Below are positions 14,115 through 27,039 of a stretch of DNA of 64,000 bases, in pieces. Under the pieces are notes generated by a model, which was not told where the DNA came from, made no database searches, and saw only the letters and a program-made list of their open reading frames with translations. A program made the translations under genes and the position numbers. This DNA comes from Octopus bimaculoides (lineage: Eukaryota), in assembly GCF_001194135.2 (NCBI RefSeq), contig NC_068990.1:90421023-90485022 (forward strand). Reading direction: 5' to 3'. Position 1 is the first letter of the stretch; each line of letters starts with the position of its first letter.

Positions 14115-16389
14115 CACATAAATCATCTACTATGCCTGATTATCAGTCCTCTTGTCTTTATTAAATGGCTTCCATTAGTATTACATTTTTTTTTCCATTG
14201 ACGTTTTCTTTTTCGCCAACCAAATCATTCGCCATAATGAAATAAAATAATTCATTTAATCATTTTACATTCTCGACGTTCTAAAGTGTTCTACATTTAG
14301 TATTATACTTGAGTTAAACATCGAAGCATAGATTCCCAGACTTTAAACAACAAAGAAAATTCCTTTCATCGGATAAATCTAATAATTCCATGAGTCGATA
14401 AAAACATTTTCATAAAATAACTATTTCAGAGTCTTCTTCGAAATGTTGTTATAACTCACATCAACTCACATCACATTGTTATCAAAATTTGTTGTCTTAA
14501 TTTTTTTATAGAAATCTTTGGTGTGCATTTAATCTAAGGAAAAATACTACTACGTTTTCTCTATAGAGAGAAAACCGTATTTTCCTTTATAAAATGAGAT
14601 TGAGGTGATCTTTTGTAGCGATATCGATCAGCATACATTGCATTTTCGTTCACGAGTTTAAAAATACCGTTGATATAACGCCAAATTATTATTTGTGTAG
14701 AAATATAAATTAACCTTGGCCTAATTCTGAATAAACCATAGGGCATTCGTGACGAATGGAAATTAAATTAAACATTCTAATTTCCAGATGTTGAATACCG
14801 CGGCGAAGAAAAAGGTAATTTTCTACAGAGGAGTTCCATGCAAACTCCTTGAAATTATTTTGCCTTTCATTATTAAATGCTGAAATAATTTTGTTGTTCG
14901 TAATTCCTTTTCAGTAAAGATTGAACATCACAACTGTACACTACTGTATCTGTAAAACTGAAATTACATTTAAATAATGAATTGTTCAGTTTGGAAAGAA
15001 AAATCTGATCATGATTGAGAAAAGAAGATTAAAGATATGTACGTAACATACAACGTGATCCAAATGTCAATTATATAGCAAGGAAAATATTCAGAAAAAA
15101 ATCAACGTGGCGCCATCTGAAGGATGATTATTACATCTTTATAAACCGAAATGCAGTCTAAAATATTCTTTTCTATTGCTGAACAACGGCCGAATGTTTA
15201 TCTTCAAGGAATCAAGCAAAAATGACGTCATACTTTAACTGCTTCTTCAGAATCAACTCTCAGATCGTATTCCAGCGTCAACCTCCTGTTAGAGTGCTGG
15301 AGGATACGCTTCTGTTCTATACTACCTAAGCTGTCAAAATATCGTGGTTTATGAGTCCATATATGTATATGTGTGTGTATGTGTGTGTGTGTGTGTAGGT
15401 GTGTGTGTTTGTATGGGTTTGTGTGTTTGTGCGTATGCATATATACACACCATTTACGTGTGGTATTGACTAAGTGGATGAGTGTGAGTTTTTACGTAAG
15501 TGTATAAGTGTATATTTATATTCAGTATGTATATGCATATAGATAGATAGAGGGATAGATAGATAGATAGATAGATTTCGGCACAGGTATACAGATACAC
15601 ATCCTTACATGTAGTCATAGACATCTTGTTTGATAGATAGAATGACTCCATCATTTTGACATCACCGCCTGGGCCCCGAATAACTTTAGAATCTACTTTC
15701 TTGCAAATCCGTAGACCAAAATAACTTCCTCCGTCCTTCCTTTAGTCTCGTCGGGAATGGGGGAGGCAGGCAATAGCCATGAGTTTGTGCATTTTCCTTC
15801 TAAATAAGCCATTATAAACGTCATATCAATAGAAAACAAATAACACTTGAGAATATTTCAGAATGTTGCGTTGGAATAAGATAAACTGACTCGCTTTACT
15901 AGTCCACATTGAGCAGGATTTCGTAGCAAGCCAAGAGAAAAGGATCTTGTTGGATGTTACACAGTACATCCATTTACCTTCTGTTTGTTGATTTAGCGTC
16001 TCTTTTTACATTTCAGAGAGATAAAGTTCACCTCACGCCTTACATACATCCCACGGAACCTTGACACCTTCTTATTCACAGCTGTAACACCTCGAGGCAA
16101 GATTTGAAAGGTTGTTCAAATTAAAATTTCATTAATCTGACATTAACCATTATTTATGAACCAATCAGGAAGAAGTAATTAATGAGTGAAAAATCATTAT
16201 ACAACACACACACACACACACACACACACAAATACATGTATGCATATCTGTATGTGTGCATATATAAAAACATATATGTATATATACATATATATACATG
16301 CATACACACACACATATATACATATATTTATATACATATATGCATATATACATATATATACATATATATATACATATATGCATACGTAT

Positions 16390-16438
<49 letters not shown>

Positions 16439-18501
16439 NNNNNNNNNNNNNNNNNNNNNNNNNNNNNNNNNNNNNNNNNNNNNNNNNNNNNNNNNNNNNN
16501 NNNNNNNNNNNNNNNNNNNNNNNNNNNNNNNNNNNNNNNNNNNNNNNNNNNNNNNNNNNNNNNNNNNNNNNNNNNNNNNNNNNNNNNNNNNNNNNNNNNN
16601 NNNNNNNNNNNNNNNNNNNNNNNNNNNNNNNNNNNNNNNNNNNNNNNNNNNNNNNNNNNNNNNNNNNNNNNNNNNNNNNNNNNNNNNNNNNNNNTATATA
16701 TATATATATATATGGTTAAATAACATTCGGGTAAAAACCTTGTAGTATGTTATGCAAAGCTCGTCCACAGTTATCGGCTACCTGATGTCATCATACAGTA
16801 GAAACGCTCTTGCTACTGGATACACATCAGGAATCCCATGATATCTGTAGAGTTTACATAAAAATATAAATGATAGAAAATATAATTAACGACATAATTT
16901 ATTTAAAATCACTACGATTTTGTTTCTCACACTGATTGAAATGAGGAGAGGGTCTAACGAAGGACTTATTCAAACAATCACCCGAGGAAGCGCATTTTAC
17001 TCTTTGGATGGAAGATAATGATTTCGCAGTATCTCACCAGTGTACTAGAAGTGGAAAGAATTTGTGAAACTTTTGTAGTGATTCTAAATAATGGTAATTC
17101 CATTCTTTGTCATTTGCTCTTCGCTCTTTCGGAATATATTTGCCACAAAGTGTACCAGAAGAATGCGTAGCCTTCTTTTAAAATTATTTCCTAGACTTAT
17201 CACCATAAATACCAGCAGTTTACGACCAAATTAGATTTACGAATACGTTACTAGGTGACAGTTTCCTTGTTCTTAGGGTCGCATCTGCTTGCAGGCTTCC
17301 ATTTGTATGCCTAATTACGATATAAAATGAATTCTATAGAATCTTGATATAATGACAAGTAAATCAGTTGATTATTATCACTTGCACTAGTTAAATACGC
17401 CAACAGAGGAAAAGGAAGCATCTGTTGTTATCTTGTAATACGTTAATGTAATAGAAAGAAAACCAATTAATAGATGCCGTTCACGGGAAAATATTACCAA
17501 ACTATGCGATTGCACAGTGTTCGGTGAGGAGATATTACTAATGCTATAATGATTCTCTTTCCATTTTGATAATATATTTGTAATATTTATAATTACTTTC
17601 GATTTATTGAAATGATGATATTCCCGAGATGTGTGAGAAATTAACACTCTTTTCCGAAAGAAATTTAATGTTTCTGAAGTCACTAATGGCAGCCCAGACA
17701 ATGCACTTAATCTTCCGAATTCCGAAATTCTTCGGGTCTTTGGATTTTCTTGGTAGAAGCTGCAGAATTTTGAACTTTGGAATTTCCTGGTTTGTCGAAA
17801 TGATTATTCGTTCAGAATAGTTCTGTGGTTTAGGCCTTCAAGGTACACAACATCTTCATAGGAGTTTCTTCATTGCTCTGCAAGAAATAGGTTACAAACC
17901 ACCTGCAAATAACAGTCTCTCCTTTCAAACAGGGAAGTACATTTTAGATGCTGTTATCCTAGCTATTCTGCATCTGAAATCATTCAATGGTAACTTCAAA
18001 AACAACGGCTGCTCCAGTTATATCAACCGTAGCAGGTGCGATAAAAGAACAGCAGCAACAGCTGCAGAAAGAACAACCTGCCAAAACAGTAACCGAACTC
18101 CTTTCCATCGTGTTAACAACATGATGAAACAACATTTTCTAGGGACAATCTACAGGAGAATGTTAGGGTGAGAGCTATCATCTGATTGTTAAGCGGGATT
18201 GAATAGTTATTATTATATGTTATACATTAAGATATTTCTAATTCTGTCGTTTCTATATTTCAATAAAGCCATAAGTCTTTGCCACTGGTAGATTAGCAGC
18301 CAGCTTAGAATAATCTCTTTGACTTGATAACTGTGAGATAGCAATGGATCAAAATAAAAGAAGCTGAGTGATCTCTGGGTTTTCTTCCTCATACTTCTTA
18401 GTAGTGAAACCATTAACCTCTTAGCAGTGGAAGTCACTGATTTGTACGTTTGCATACTGCTCTGTTAACGCCAATTGTTTTTAATATTCGTGACTCAGAT
18501 A

Positions 18502-18724
18502 AGGCTGCGAGCTAATAGAACCGGTAGCACGCCTGTTAAAATGCTTATCAGCATTTCGTACGTCTTTACGTTCTGGGGGTTCAAATGCCGCCGGGCTCAA
18601 CGTTACCTTTTATCCTTTCGGGGTCGATAAAATAAGCACCAGTTGAGTACTGGGGTCGCTGTAAACGACTTAACCCCTCCCTTGAAATTGCTGGCCTTGT
18701 GCCAAAATTTGAAACGACTATTAA
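18502..18724 (+). mobile_element. SINE family A
   Basis: ggctgcgagctaatagaaccggtagcacgcc head, ggttcaaatgccgcc B-box, ggggtcgat direct repeats, gctggccttgtgccaaaatttgaa tail. Confidence 0.9.
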
Positions 18725-19051
18725 TGATCCAGGTAAACGAATTAACAGAAAGGTGTGAAATTCGACTGGTGACTGCTGCTGATGCCATCTGCAGTTGCTT
18801 TCAGAGTAAGAGGCGGAGAGAAAGCGAGCTTGCTAAGAAATACATGAGAGGGAGAAATTCCCTCAAAGAGACAGAACCGCTGACAGATCTTTTTTCATTT
18901 TTGCGAGTGAGAGGAGACATGAAAAAGTATTTCTAAAAAATTTTTTTTTCTCTTTTGAGTGTTCTTGTAGCTGCAAGTAGATAAGTTAGAATTACGATGA
19001 CAAATAAAAAAAGAGGATTTATAAGTTTACTCCTTAGTGTAACTTTATATA

Positions 19052-19266
19052 ATAATCTTTTCTACTCTAGGCACAAAGCATGAAATTTCGGGGGAGGGGG
19101 CCGGTCGATTAGATCGACCCCAGTACGCAACTGGTACTTAATTTCTCGATCCCGAAAGGATTAAATGTAAAGTCCTCGGCGGAATTTGAACTCAGCACGT
19201 AAAGACAGACGGAATACCGCTAAGCATTTCGCCCGGCGAGCTGGCAGAAATGCCAGCTCGCTGCCT
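19052..19266 (-). mobile_element. SINE family A (well preserved)
   Basis: Minus strand has the gagttcaaattccgccgagg B-box and the ...gtgcctagagtagaaaagatt tail; shares long blocks with 52132-52331. Confidence 0.92.
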
Positions 19267-19374
19267 TAAACAAATGTTAATACTCCAAGAATTATATCCT
19301 CGCCAGCTGCCGTTGGTATCGATTCTTAGACTAAAGTGTTTGAAATTGATCTTTTGTGATAAGAAAAAAAAAAC

Positions 19375-19832
19375 ATCTATCTTTTATCTTTTACACTTTT
19401 CAGTCATTGATCTGCGGCCCTGCTGTAGCCCTGCCTGAAAGGGTTTTAGTTGAGCAAATCGAAACGCTACTTATTTTCAATGCAAGTCTGGTACTTATAC
19501 TATCGTACACTTTTCCCATCTGCGAAGTAAACAAACCAACACTGGTGATCAAGTGGTGAGGAGTAAGCAAATACACTCACATACGGACATGTGTGTGTGC
19601 GTGCGTGTACGTGTGTGTGCATGTGTGTGTGTGTAAGTACGTGTGTGTGTATGTTTATGCGTGCGTATACGACGGGCTTCATAACAGCATCGGTGTATCA
19701 GATTCACACTCACAAGGCATTGGTCGTCCTAGGGCTATAATAGAAAACACTTTCGCTGAGTGCCGCACGTGGGAACTGAACCCGAAACGACGTGGTTGCA
19801 AAGTGAGCTTCGTAACTACACATGCCTGTGCC
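19375..19832 (-). mobile_element. SINE family B (diverged, internally deleted)
   Basis: ttcagtcattgatctgcggcc...gacgggcttc...cactcacaaggcattggtcg...gggaactgaacccg, antisense to 19968-20350. Confidence 0.8.
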
Positions 19833-19967
19833 GATATAAATATAATATATTCGTAAAACCTTTCAGATTTTCCTTTGTCGGAACCATCGTAAAATTAACT
19901 CATGATTGGTGTGGAATCAAGGTCAGATCACAACTCTCCCCCCCTCTATTTCGGAAATATATTCATC

Positions 19968-20350
19968 ATCAGGAGTGGCTGTGTAGTAAATAGCTTGCTT
20001 ATCAATCACGTGGTTCCGGGTTCAGTCCCACTTCGTGGCACCTTGGGCAAGTGTCTTGTACTATAGCCTCGAGCCGACCAAAGCCTTGGGAGTGGATTTG
20101 GTAGACGGAAACTGAAAGAAGCCCGTCGTATATATGTATATATATGTGTGTGTCAATGTTTGTCCCCAACATCGCTTGACAAACGATGCTGGTGTGTTTA
20201 CGTCCCCGTAACTTAGCGGTTCGGCAAAAGTGAACCGATAGAATAAGTACTATACTTACAAAGAATAAGTCCTTGGGGTCAACTTTCTCGACTAAAGGCG
20301 GTGCTCCAGCATGGCTGCAGTCAAATGACTGAAACAAGTAAAAGAGTAAA
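19968..20350 (+). mobile_element. SINE family B, full length
   Basis: aggagtggctgtgtagt (A-box-like), ggttcagtccc (B-box), ccttgggcaagtgtctt core-like box, internal (TA/TG) spacer, gaaacaagtaaaagagtaaagag tail. Confidence 0.92.
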
Positions 20351-21334
20351 GAGTATATTAACCTACAAGAGAAAAATTATCTACAATACGAATCTATACT
20401 AACAGAGTGTCCGGGTTATTTCATTTCCGACATCGGGTAGCGAAACCGAATCCCATACTGATGTGTGCCAATGTTCAATTGTATATTTGTTACACACTGT
20501 CGAATCGTTTTTATTCATTCTTGTAATCTGTCTAAGTGAGAACCTTACCATCTTTAGTGTGCCAAAGATAATAGTTCTTCGCTAAAAGATTACAGAGAAT
20601 CAATCAATAATTCTTAATTTTGGTTTATAATAAGATTTCCTGGACATTTCAGATGTACTTTAGATTTGGCGTGGAATCCAACACAAAAACTAGCTGTTTT
20701 CTTTTCCTTGGAGATAATGGGCATTATATGACTGTTATACCAGATCAGAGTCGCCTATATGATAGATTGTCAATTCAAAAGATTTATTTCTTAATAATGA
20801 AGAGATTGCAGCTTGTTTTTATTTTCTAATCCTGAGGTTATTTTTGTTACGATGGTAGCCATATATAATGTATAACTGACAATATCCCTTGCAGTTAATA
20901 ATAAATTTCCACAATATTTAGATTTATACTAATGTGTGTGAGTGTGTATGTATGTGTGTGTGCGTGTGTGTGTGTGTATAAACAGTCTGTCAGTTCTAAT
21001 ATTATAATGTTTTGCGTTGATGTACATTCCTAGTGTAGCATGAGATACATCAATAAGATGCGCTGCTTCTTTTTCTTCTTTATCCGTGCGACCAGAGATG
21101 CAGTATGAGATTGCTTCTTGAACTTGGGTCAGGATTGCTTCTTGAACTTGGGTCAGGATTGCTTTTAGTTCCGTAGATGAACATTCGCGGCCCCGATTGC
21201 ATAGTATTCTAATTTTAGGACTGTCCCTTGTCAAAATCTCTGCCACTGAACCCACCCAATGAAGACGAACTAAAATAAAATAAAAAACTGAGAAATACAA
21301 ATATCTTGGAAGCCATAACTCTCAATCCTGGCTT

Positions 21335-21420
21335 GATGTTCTTTTATTTCGTTACTTGTTTCAGTCATTTGACTGCGGCCATGCTGCAGCACAAATCGAA
21401 CCCAGGACTTATTCTTTGTG
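21335..21420 (-). mobile_element. SINE family B, 3' fragment
   Basis: ttacttgtttcagtcatttgactgcggccatgctg...ccaggacttattctttgt. Confidence 0.8.
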
Positions 21421-21815
21421 GAAAATGTAGAAAAATGATAAAATGAAAAAATCTGAACAAGTGAAATTCAACAGCATCAGCACCAAACAGTGATTAAGCA
21501 AACAAATACTTCAGGTTGGTTAAAATACTTGTGAGAATTTTCAACTAACTTCTGAAGGAAAATTCACTGCAATTACTGTGCACGAAAGAATTCTCTCTTA
21601 TGCTAAACGGCTTTAAAGCAACATATCTGCCCAGTTCTGCCCTCTATCGGATTCTCAAGCGGAGTGTTTCTGGCTTTTTAGTCTGCTTCAATAAAGACAA
21701 TCTTGCGAGAAATACTCTGGAAACAGACGGATGAGGTGTCACATCAAGATTGGTGTGGAACATTTTCAAGAACATCGGTTCTAACAATAAAGTAGGACTT
21801 CACCGATCCTAGAAG

Positions 21816-21985
21816 CATGTTCCGGATTCAATCCCACTGTGTGGCACCTTGGGCAAATGTCTTTTACTATAACCTCGGACCGACCAAAGTAGAAGACATT
21901 TGCCCAAGCTGCCACGCAGTGGGACTGAACCTGGAACCATGTGGTTGGGAAGCAAGCGTCTTACCACACAGCCACGCATGCGCCT
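21816..21985. mobile_element. Foldback of two inverted SINE family B heads
   Basis: Plus-strand head 21816-21887 is joined directly to a minus-strand head 21888-21985. Confidence 0.88.
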
Positions 21986-22038
21986 ATNNNNNNNNNNTCG
22001 TCTGAAAACCCTGAAGTATAATATAATTCACTCCTTTG

Positions 22039-22091
<53 letters not shown>

Positions 22092-23016
22092 TCTTCACTA
22101 AGCCATACGCCTTGCAAATGTTCTGGTATGTGAGTTTGTGCAGTTTCTTTTCTGAAGAAATCGATGTTATGTAATCTTTATAGGGACCCAATGGTGTCTA
22201 TAAGAAACAAAATGATTTTTGTCATATGATGTTTGTTGTAACATATAATTAATCCATTGTTCGTTAACGGATACAGATTAAGCAGCATCTTCTGTATTAA
22301 TTACGATGCCGTTGGATAAACATTTGACTTTCGTATTTCTGTAGAGAGCGAAAACAAATCTACATCTGCAGACTTATTTACTTGGTATCGAACAAAACGT
22401 CCACCTGCATACATCAAACAATCTCTGTTTTATCTTGTAAAAGAAATAATACAATATACAAAGAGAGACAGAGAAAAGCAATGTGCCACCGAATGACAAT
22501 CAATAGAAACAATTTATGTTGCCGGAAATTTCCATTTGCTTACACCTGTCCGGCAAAATGAAGACAAGATATAAAGAAGTAAAAAAAAATGAACCTGAAT
22601 GTATAGTTTAATTACTACGAGTTCCATTGGTTTTAGTTATCTCAGGAGTTTTAACGAGATACAAAGAGACGGAAAGTTATGGACGGGGAAGGCAGAAGCG
22701 ATTGCTATTATACGCCAAATCGAGATTTGATTACATTCTGACAATAGCTGCTGCTGCCATATCGAATGTTAAGTGGAATCGAGCTAGCAGTGATCTATTG
22801 TTGGAAATTTATTCAAGACAAACCTAACCGGACGGTCACAATATGAAGAATGCTAATCCGGGGGTGGTTTAAATGTGTTGTTTTAAATAGGGACGTACCT
22901 TCAAATCTTGAAAACAACAAGAAGCGGCGGATTTCTTGAGAAAAACTACTTCGACGTCGTATATAGAATGCCCATCAGCTGTAATTAGTATATGTACATA
23001 CATGTGTGTGTCTGTG

Positions 23017-23062
<46 letters not shown>

Positions 23063-23119
23063 CAATGAGGAGAGAAAAAGAAAAACACACACATACACAT
23101 ACATACATACGTATATTAC

Positions 23120-23155
<36 letters not shown>

Positions 23156-23272
23156 TGGTCTTTGTATATAGTGACATCTTGGTCTTTATATTTTTCTATA
23201 GCTTCAAAGTGGGCGCAAGATTTGACACTGAGAATGCGCAGAGGGAAGTTGTGTGTAAACGGATTGTGTCTA

Positions 23273-23399
23273 CAGGGTGTCCACAAAGTCTCGGAACATG
23301 GAGTAAATAAAATCATAACATAAACAATTAAATATAAAAAATAACAATTTCTTAAAGTATGTATTAATCCCCTTGTACCCAGACTTTGTGGACACTCTG
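23273..23399. mobile_element. 127-bp Tc1/mariner-type MITE
   Basis: TA|CAGGGTGTCCACAAAGTCT...AGACTTTGTGGACACTCTG|TA: 19-bp TIRs with 1 mismatch (extendable to about 26 bp), TA target duplication, AT-rich non-coding core. Confidence 0.88.
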
Positions 23400-23413
23400 T
23401 ATAATTTAAATGC

Positions 23414-23510
23414 CCAACCTTGTCATACGATGTGTCACCCTGATTCTCTCTGACGATTACATTATCAGTACACGTGCCTGTGGAATATTCAGCCATTGAC
23501 ATGCCATTTC
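23414..23510 (+). mobile_element. SINE family C internal fragment
   Basis: ccttgtcatacgatgtgtcaccctgattctc...gtacacgtgcctgtggaatattcagcca aligns to 23915-24000. Confidence 0.7.
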
Positions 23511-23694
23511 AATGAGTAGAAACACCAATTGATCGAACACTTGAATCTGTTGTGTACCCAATATGATAACAAGTTACCCTGATTAATCCAGAGAGCGGTT
23601 TCATGCACATTTTCGCTGCTTTGTCCTCATAAATTAAACATTATTTTCCTCCTCTTGTGTCTCGTAATTTTGTAATTATTCTATACAGTAATTC

Positions 23695-24078
23695 GAGGAG
23701 GCGCAATGGCCCAGTGGTTATGGCAGCGGACTCACGCTCGTAGGATCGCGGTTTCGATTCCCAGACCGGGCGTTGTGAGTGTTTATTGAGCGAAAACACC
23801 TAAAACTCCACGAGGCTCCGGCAGGGTGTGGTGGCGAACCCTGCTGTATTCTTTCCGCACAACTTTCTCTCACTCTTTCTTCCTGTTGTCTGTTGTACCT
23901 GTATTTCAAAAGGGCCAGCCTTGTCATGCTCTGTGTCACGCTGAATCTCCCTGAGAACTACGTTAAGGGTACACGTGTCTGTGGAGTTCCCAGCCACTTG
24001 CACGTTAATTTCACGAGCAGGTTATTCCGTTGATCCGATCAACTGGAACCCTCGTCGTCGTAACCGACGGAGTGCCAC
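23695..24078 (+). mobile_element. SINE family C, full length (tRNA-derived)
   Basis: ggaggcgcaatggcccagtggtt (A-box TGGCCCAGTGG), ggtttcgattccc (B-box), 3' end gtcgtcgtaaccgacggagtgcc. Confidence 0.92.
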
Positions 24079-24961
24079 GATACAGTAATTTATATGCCTT
24101 CCATAAATGTCTTAGAACCTGCCTCCACATCTATGCGATTTGCAACATCACTCGTTTTTCATATAATGTTTTGTACTCCACCACATAATTCTTTGTAAGC
24201 ACTTCATATTTCTATACGTCGAATGAATTGAATATAATTACTGTTAGTGAATAAATAACAAAAATATTGTTGCTGTTGTTGTTGTTGTCGCCGTCGTCAT
24301 CATCATTGTTATCATCACCTTGTGGTATTCGTCATTTACATTGCTGTGTTTTGTTGTGGATGGTTTCAGCTTTAAAACATTTTCATAATTACCAATCAAT
24401 AACAAACTAAATATCATTTCTATAAAATATTTTGAGACACGAAGACTCAATCACACACACACACACACACACATCCCAGACAGGGATACGCCCACACGTA
24501 GATAGGCGATATAAAACATTTGAACCAAAATTTTGCACCGTATAAATTCTATTCGCTTTTGTTTTCAATCCAAGCACTTTCATTGTTTGATTTTTCATAC
24601 GAATTCAAAAATAATTTCTTTGCTTAAAATCTAGAGTGACAAAAATACTAATAAATGTATAAAACAAAAAAAAATCTTTTCAATTTGTAATAACATACAT
24701 GGATTTTTATTCTATATATTTCAATGCAATTCGGTTTGTCAAAGATTTCTTATACTTCCGATTCTTATTTCTTACATTTATAATTCATTTGTCATATAAT
24801 CATTTGGAACGTGAGGTTTTGTTAAGTTGAACTGTTTTTTCGGTTTATAACTGTTTATTTTGTTTCAGTCAACCTTTATTTTAGAATTTATTAGATCGAT
24901 TAATTATTCAGAGACACTGTTCTTGAAATACAAAACTTGCGGGCGTTTATTATTGCCCACG

Positions 24962-24993
<32 letters not shown>

Positions 24994-25570
24994 ATATATN
25001 NNNNNNNNNNNNNNNNNNNNNNNNNNNNNNNNNNNNNNNNNNNNNNNNNNNNNNNNNNNNNNNNNNNNNNNNNNNNNNNNNNNNNNNNNNNNNNNNNNNN
25101 NNNNNNNNNNNNNNNNNNNNNNNNNNNNNNNNNNNNNNNNNNNNNNNNNNNNNNNNNNNNNNNNNNNNNNNNNNNNNNNNNNNNNNNNNNNNNNNNNNNN
25201 NNNNNNNNNNNNNNNNNNNNNNNNNNNNNNNNNNNNNNNNNNNNNNNNNNNNNNNNNNNNNNNNNNNNNNNNNNNNNNNNNNNNNNNNNNNNNNNNNNNN
25301 NNNNNNNNNNNNNNNNNNNNNNNNNNNNNNNNNNNNNNNNNNNNNNNNNNNNNNNNNNNNNNNNNNNNNNNNNNNNNNNNNNNNNNNNNNNNNNNNNNNN
25401 NNNNNNNNNNNNNNNNNNNNNNNNNNNNNNNNNNNNNNNNNNNNNNNNNNNNNNNNNNNNNNNNNNNNNNNNNNNNNNNNNNNNNNNNNNNNNNNNNNNN
25501 NNNNNNNNNNNNNNNNNNNNNNNNNNNNNNNNNNNNNNNNNNNNNNNNNNNNNNNNNNNNNNNNNNNNNN

Positions 25571-25623
<53 letters not shown>

Positions 25624-25717
25624 ATATACACATACAGAGAGAGACAGAGATATGTATATGTGTGTGTGAGGTCAGTGTGTGCTTGTATGTATGTACGCAC
25701 GTATGTATGTACGTACG

Positions 25718-25751
<34 letters not shown>

Positions 25752-26668
25752 TGTGTAAATGAACCAAGAGGAAATTATATCTGGAAGGCCCTCCTCGGTA
25801 GTATTTGACCATCTGAAATTTCTAACTCGTATTTAGTCGTTAATATATGGAATTGCACTTCTTTTGTTTCTTTTGGTACTTTCTTGGGGGAGAAAAAAAT
25901 GTGTTTTCTCCTGTAATGCAATCTCAGATCCTTCATCAGTAGATGTGAATCTTGTGCTCCTCAACCACTGCCGAGTGTTTTTCTTCTCCTTACCCGCTTC
26001 AGCTATTTTTTTCTATCCTGTTAATATTGCCTATAAAGTAACATAATTTCCCTCGCATCTAACCACATTTGTCAGCCATTTTTCTAGTTTAGTTCTTAGC
26101 GTTTTAAACACTTCTGTTCTTCATTCTGTTCACATTTTTATGTTTATTCAGCCTATACTAAATATGTGTTGGTACAGAATAAAGTGTTTTTGTTTTGCTC
26201 ATATTTTGAAGCTATGTCTGTTAGTTTCTATTTATTCTTTACTTGATAACATTTTAATACTACAGTCGATATTTTCTTTCAATTAAGTTTTAGAAAATCC
26301 TCATATCTATATATTCGTGGTTAGCATAATACTTCAGCCTCGCTTTTTATGGAGGGGATTCTAAATATTGCTTTTAAGCTTAAAGTATTAAAATAATATT
26401 TTTCTTGATATTTTTGGCTCTTTCTGTGTATTGTAAGATACCTGAGCATTAGAAATATCTAGAACAAGACTAAATGTTTGTTTCGATGAGATCACGAGTT
26501 TTTCTTCATATGGTTTAATGTATAATTCAAAACATAAACCAAACAAGTTGTGGAAGGAACATAGATACTTTAAAATGTTAGAATGATTATATTAAGATAT
26601 ACTTTCAAATAAAGTCCATAACAAAAATGTATGGCCATCTATCTATCTATGTAAGCATACACACGCAT

Positions 26669-26719
<51 letters not shown>

Positions 26720-26908
26720 NNNNNNNNNNNNNNNNNNNNNNNNNNNNNNNNNNNNNNNNNNNNNNNNNNNNNNNNNNNNNNNNNNNNNNNNNNNNNNNNN
26801 NNNNNNNNNNNNNNNNNNNNNNNNNNNNNNNNNNNNNNNNNNNNNNNNNNNNNNNNNNNNNNNNNNNNNNNNNNNNNNNNNNNNNNNNNNNNNNNNNNNN
26901 NNNNNNNN

Positions 26909-26951
<43 letters not shown>

Positions 26952-27039
26952 CGACAAAAGAATGCATGACACCTCGATATTATGTAAATTGATGAATTTA
27001 TAAATATAATATGTGATATTTAGTTGGTTGTTATAATAA

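Noticed and set aside
17387-18160. Minus-strand acceptor (tatttcttgcag, about 17880) and signal-peptide-like short ORFs
   Set aside because: No consistent open frame or recognisable product; comparable ORFs occur on both strands.
19940-19970. Minus-strand CTGATGA-N13-GAAA
   Set aside because: Only a 3-bp stem II, no stem III, and it overlaps a SINE start; likely chance.
21600-21800. Possible mariner remnant (PLSDSQAECFWLL resembling PYSPDLAPCDFWLF)
   Set aside because: Similarity is marginal and no matching TIR pair was found.
23695-23770. tRNA-like sequences with A and B boxes (also at 19968, 60422)
   Set aside because: No complete cloverleaf; each continues into SINE body sequence, so these are SINE heads and not tRNA genes.
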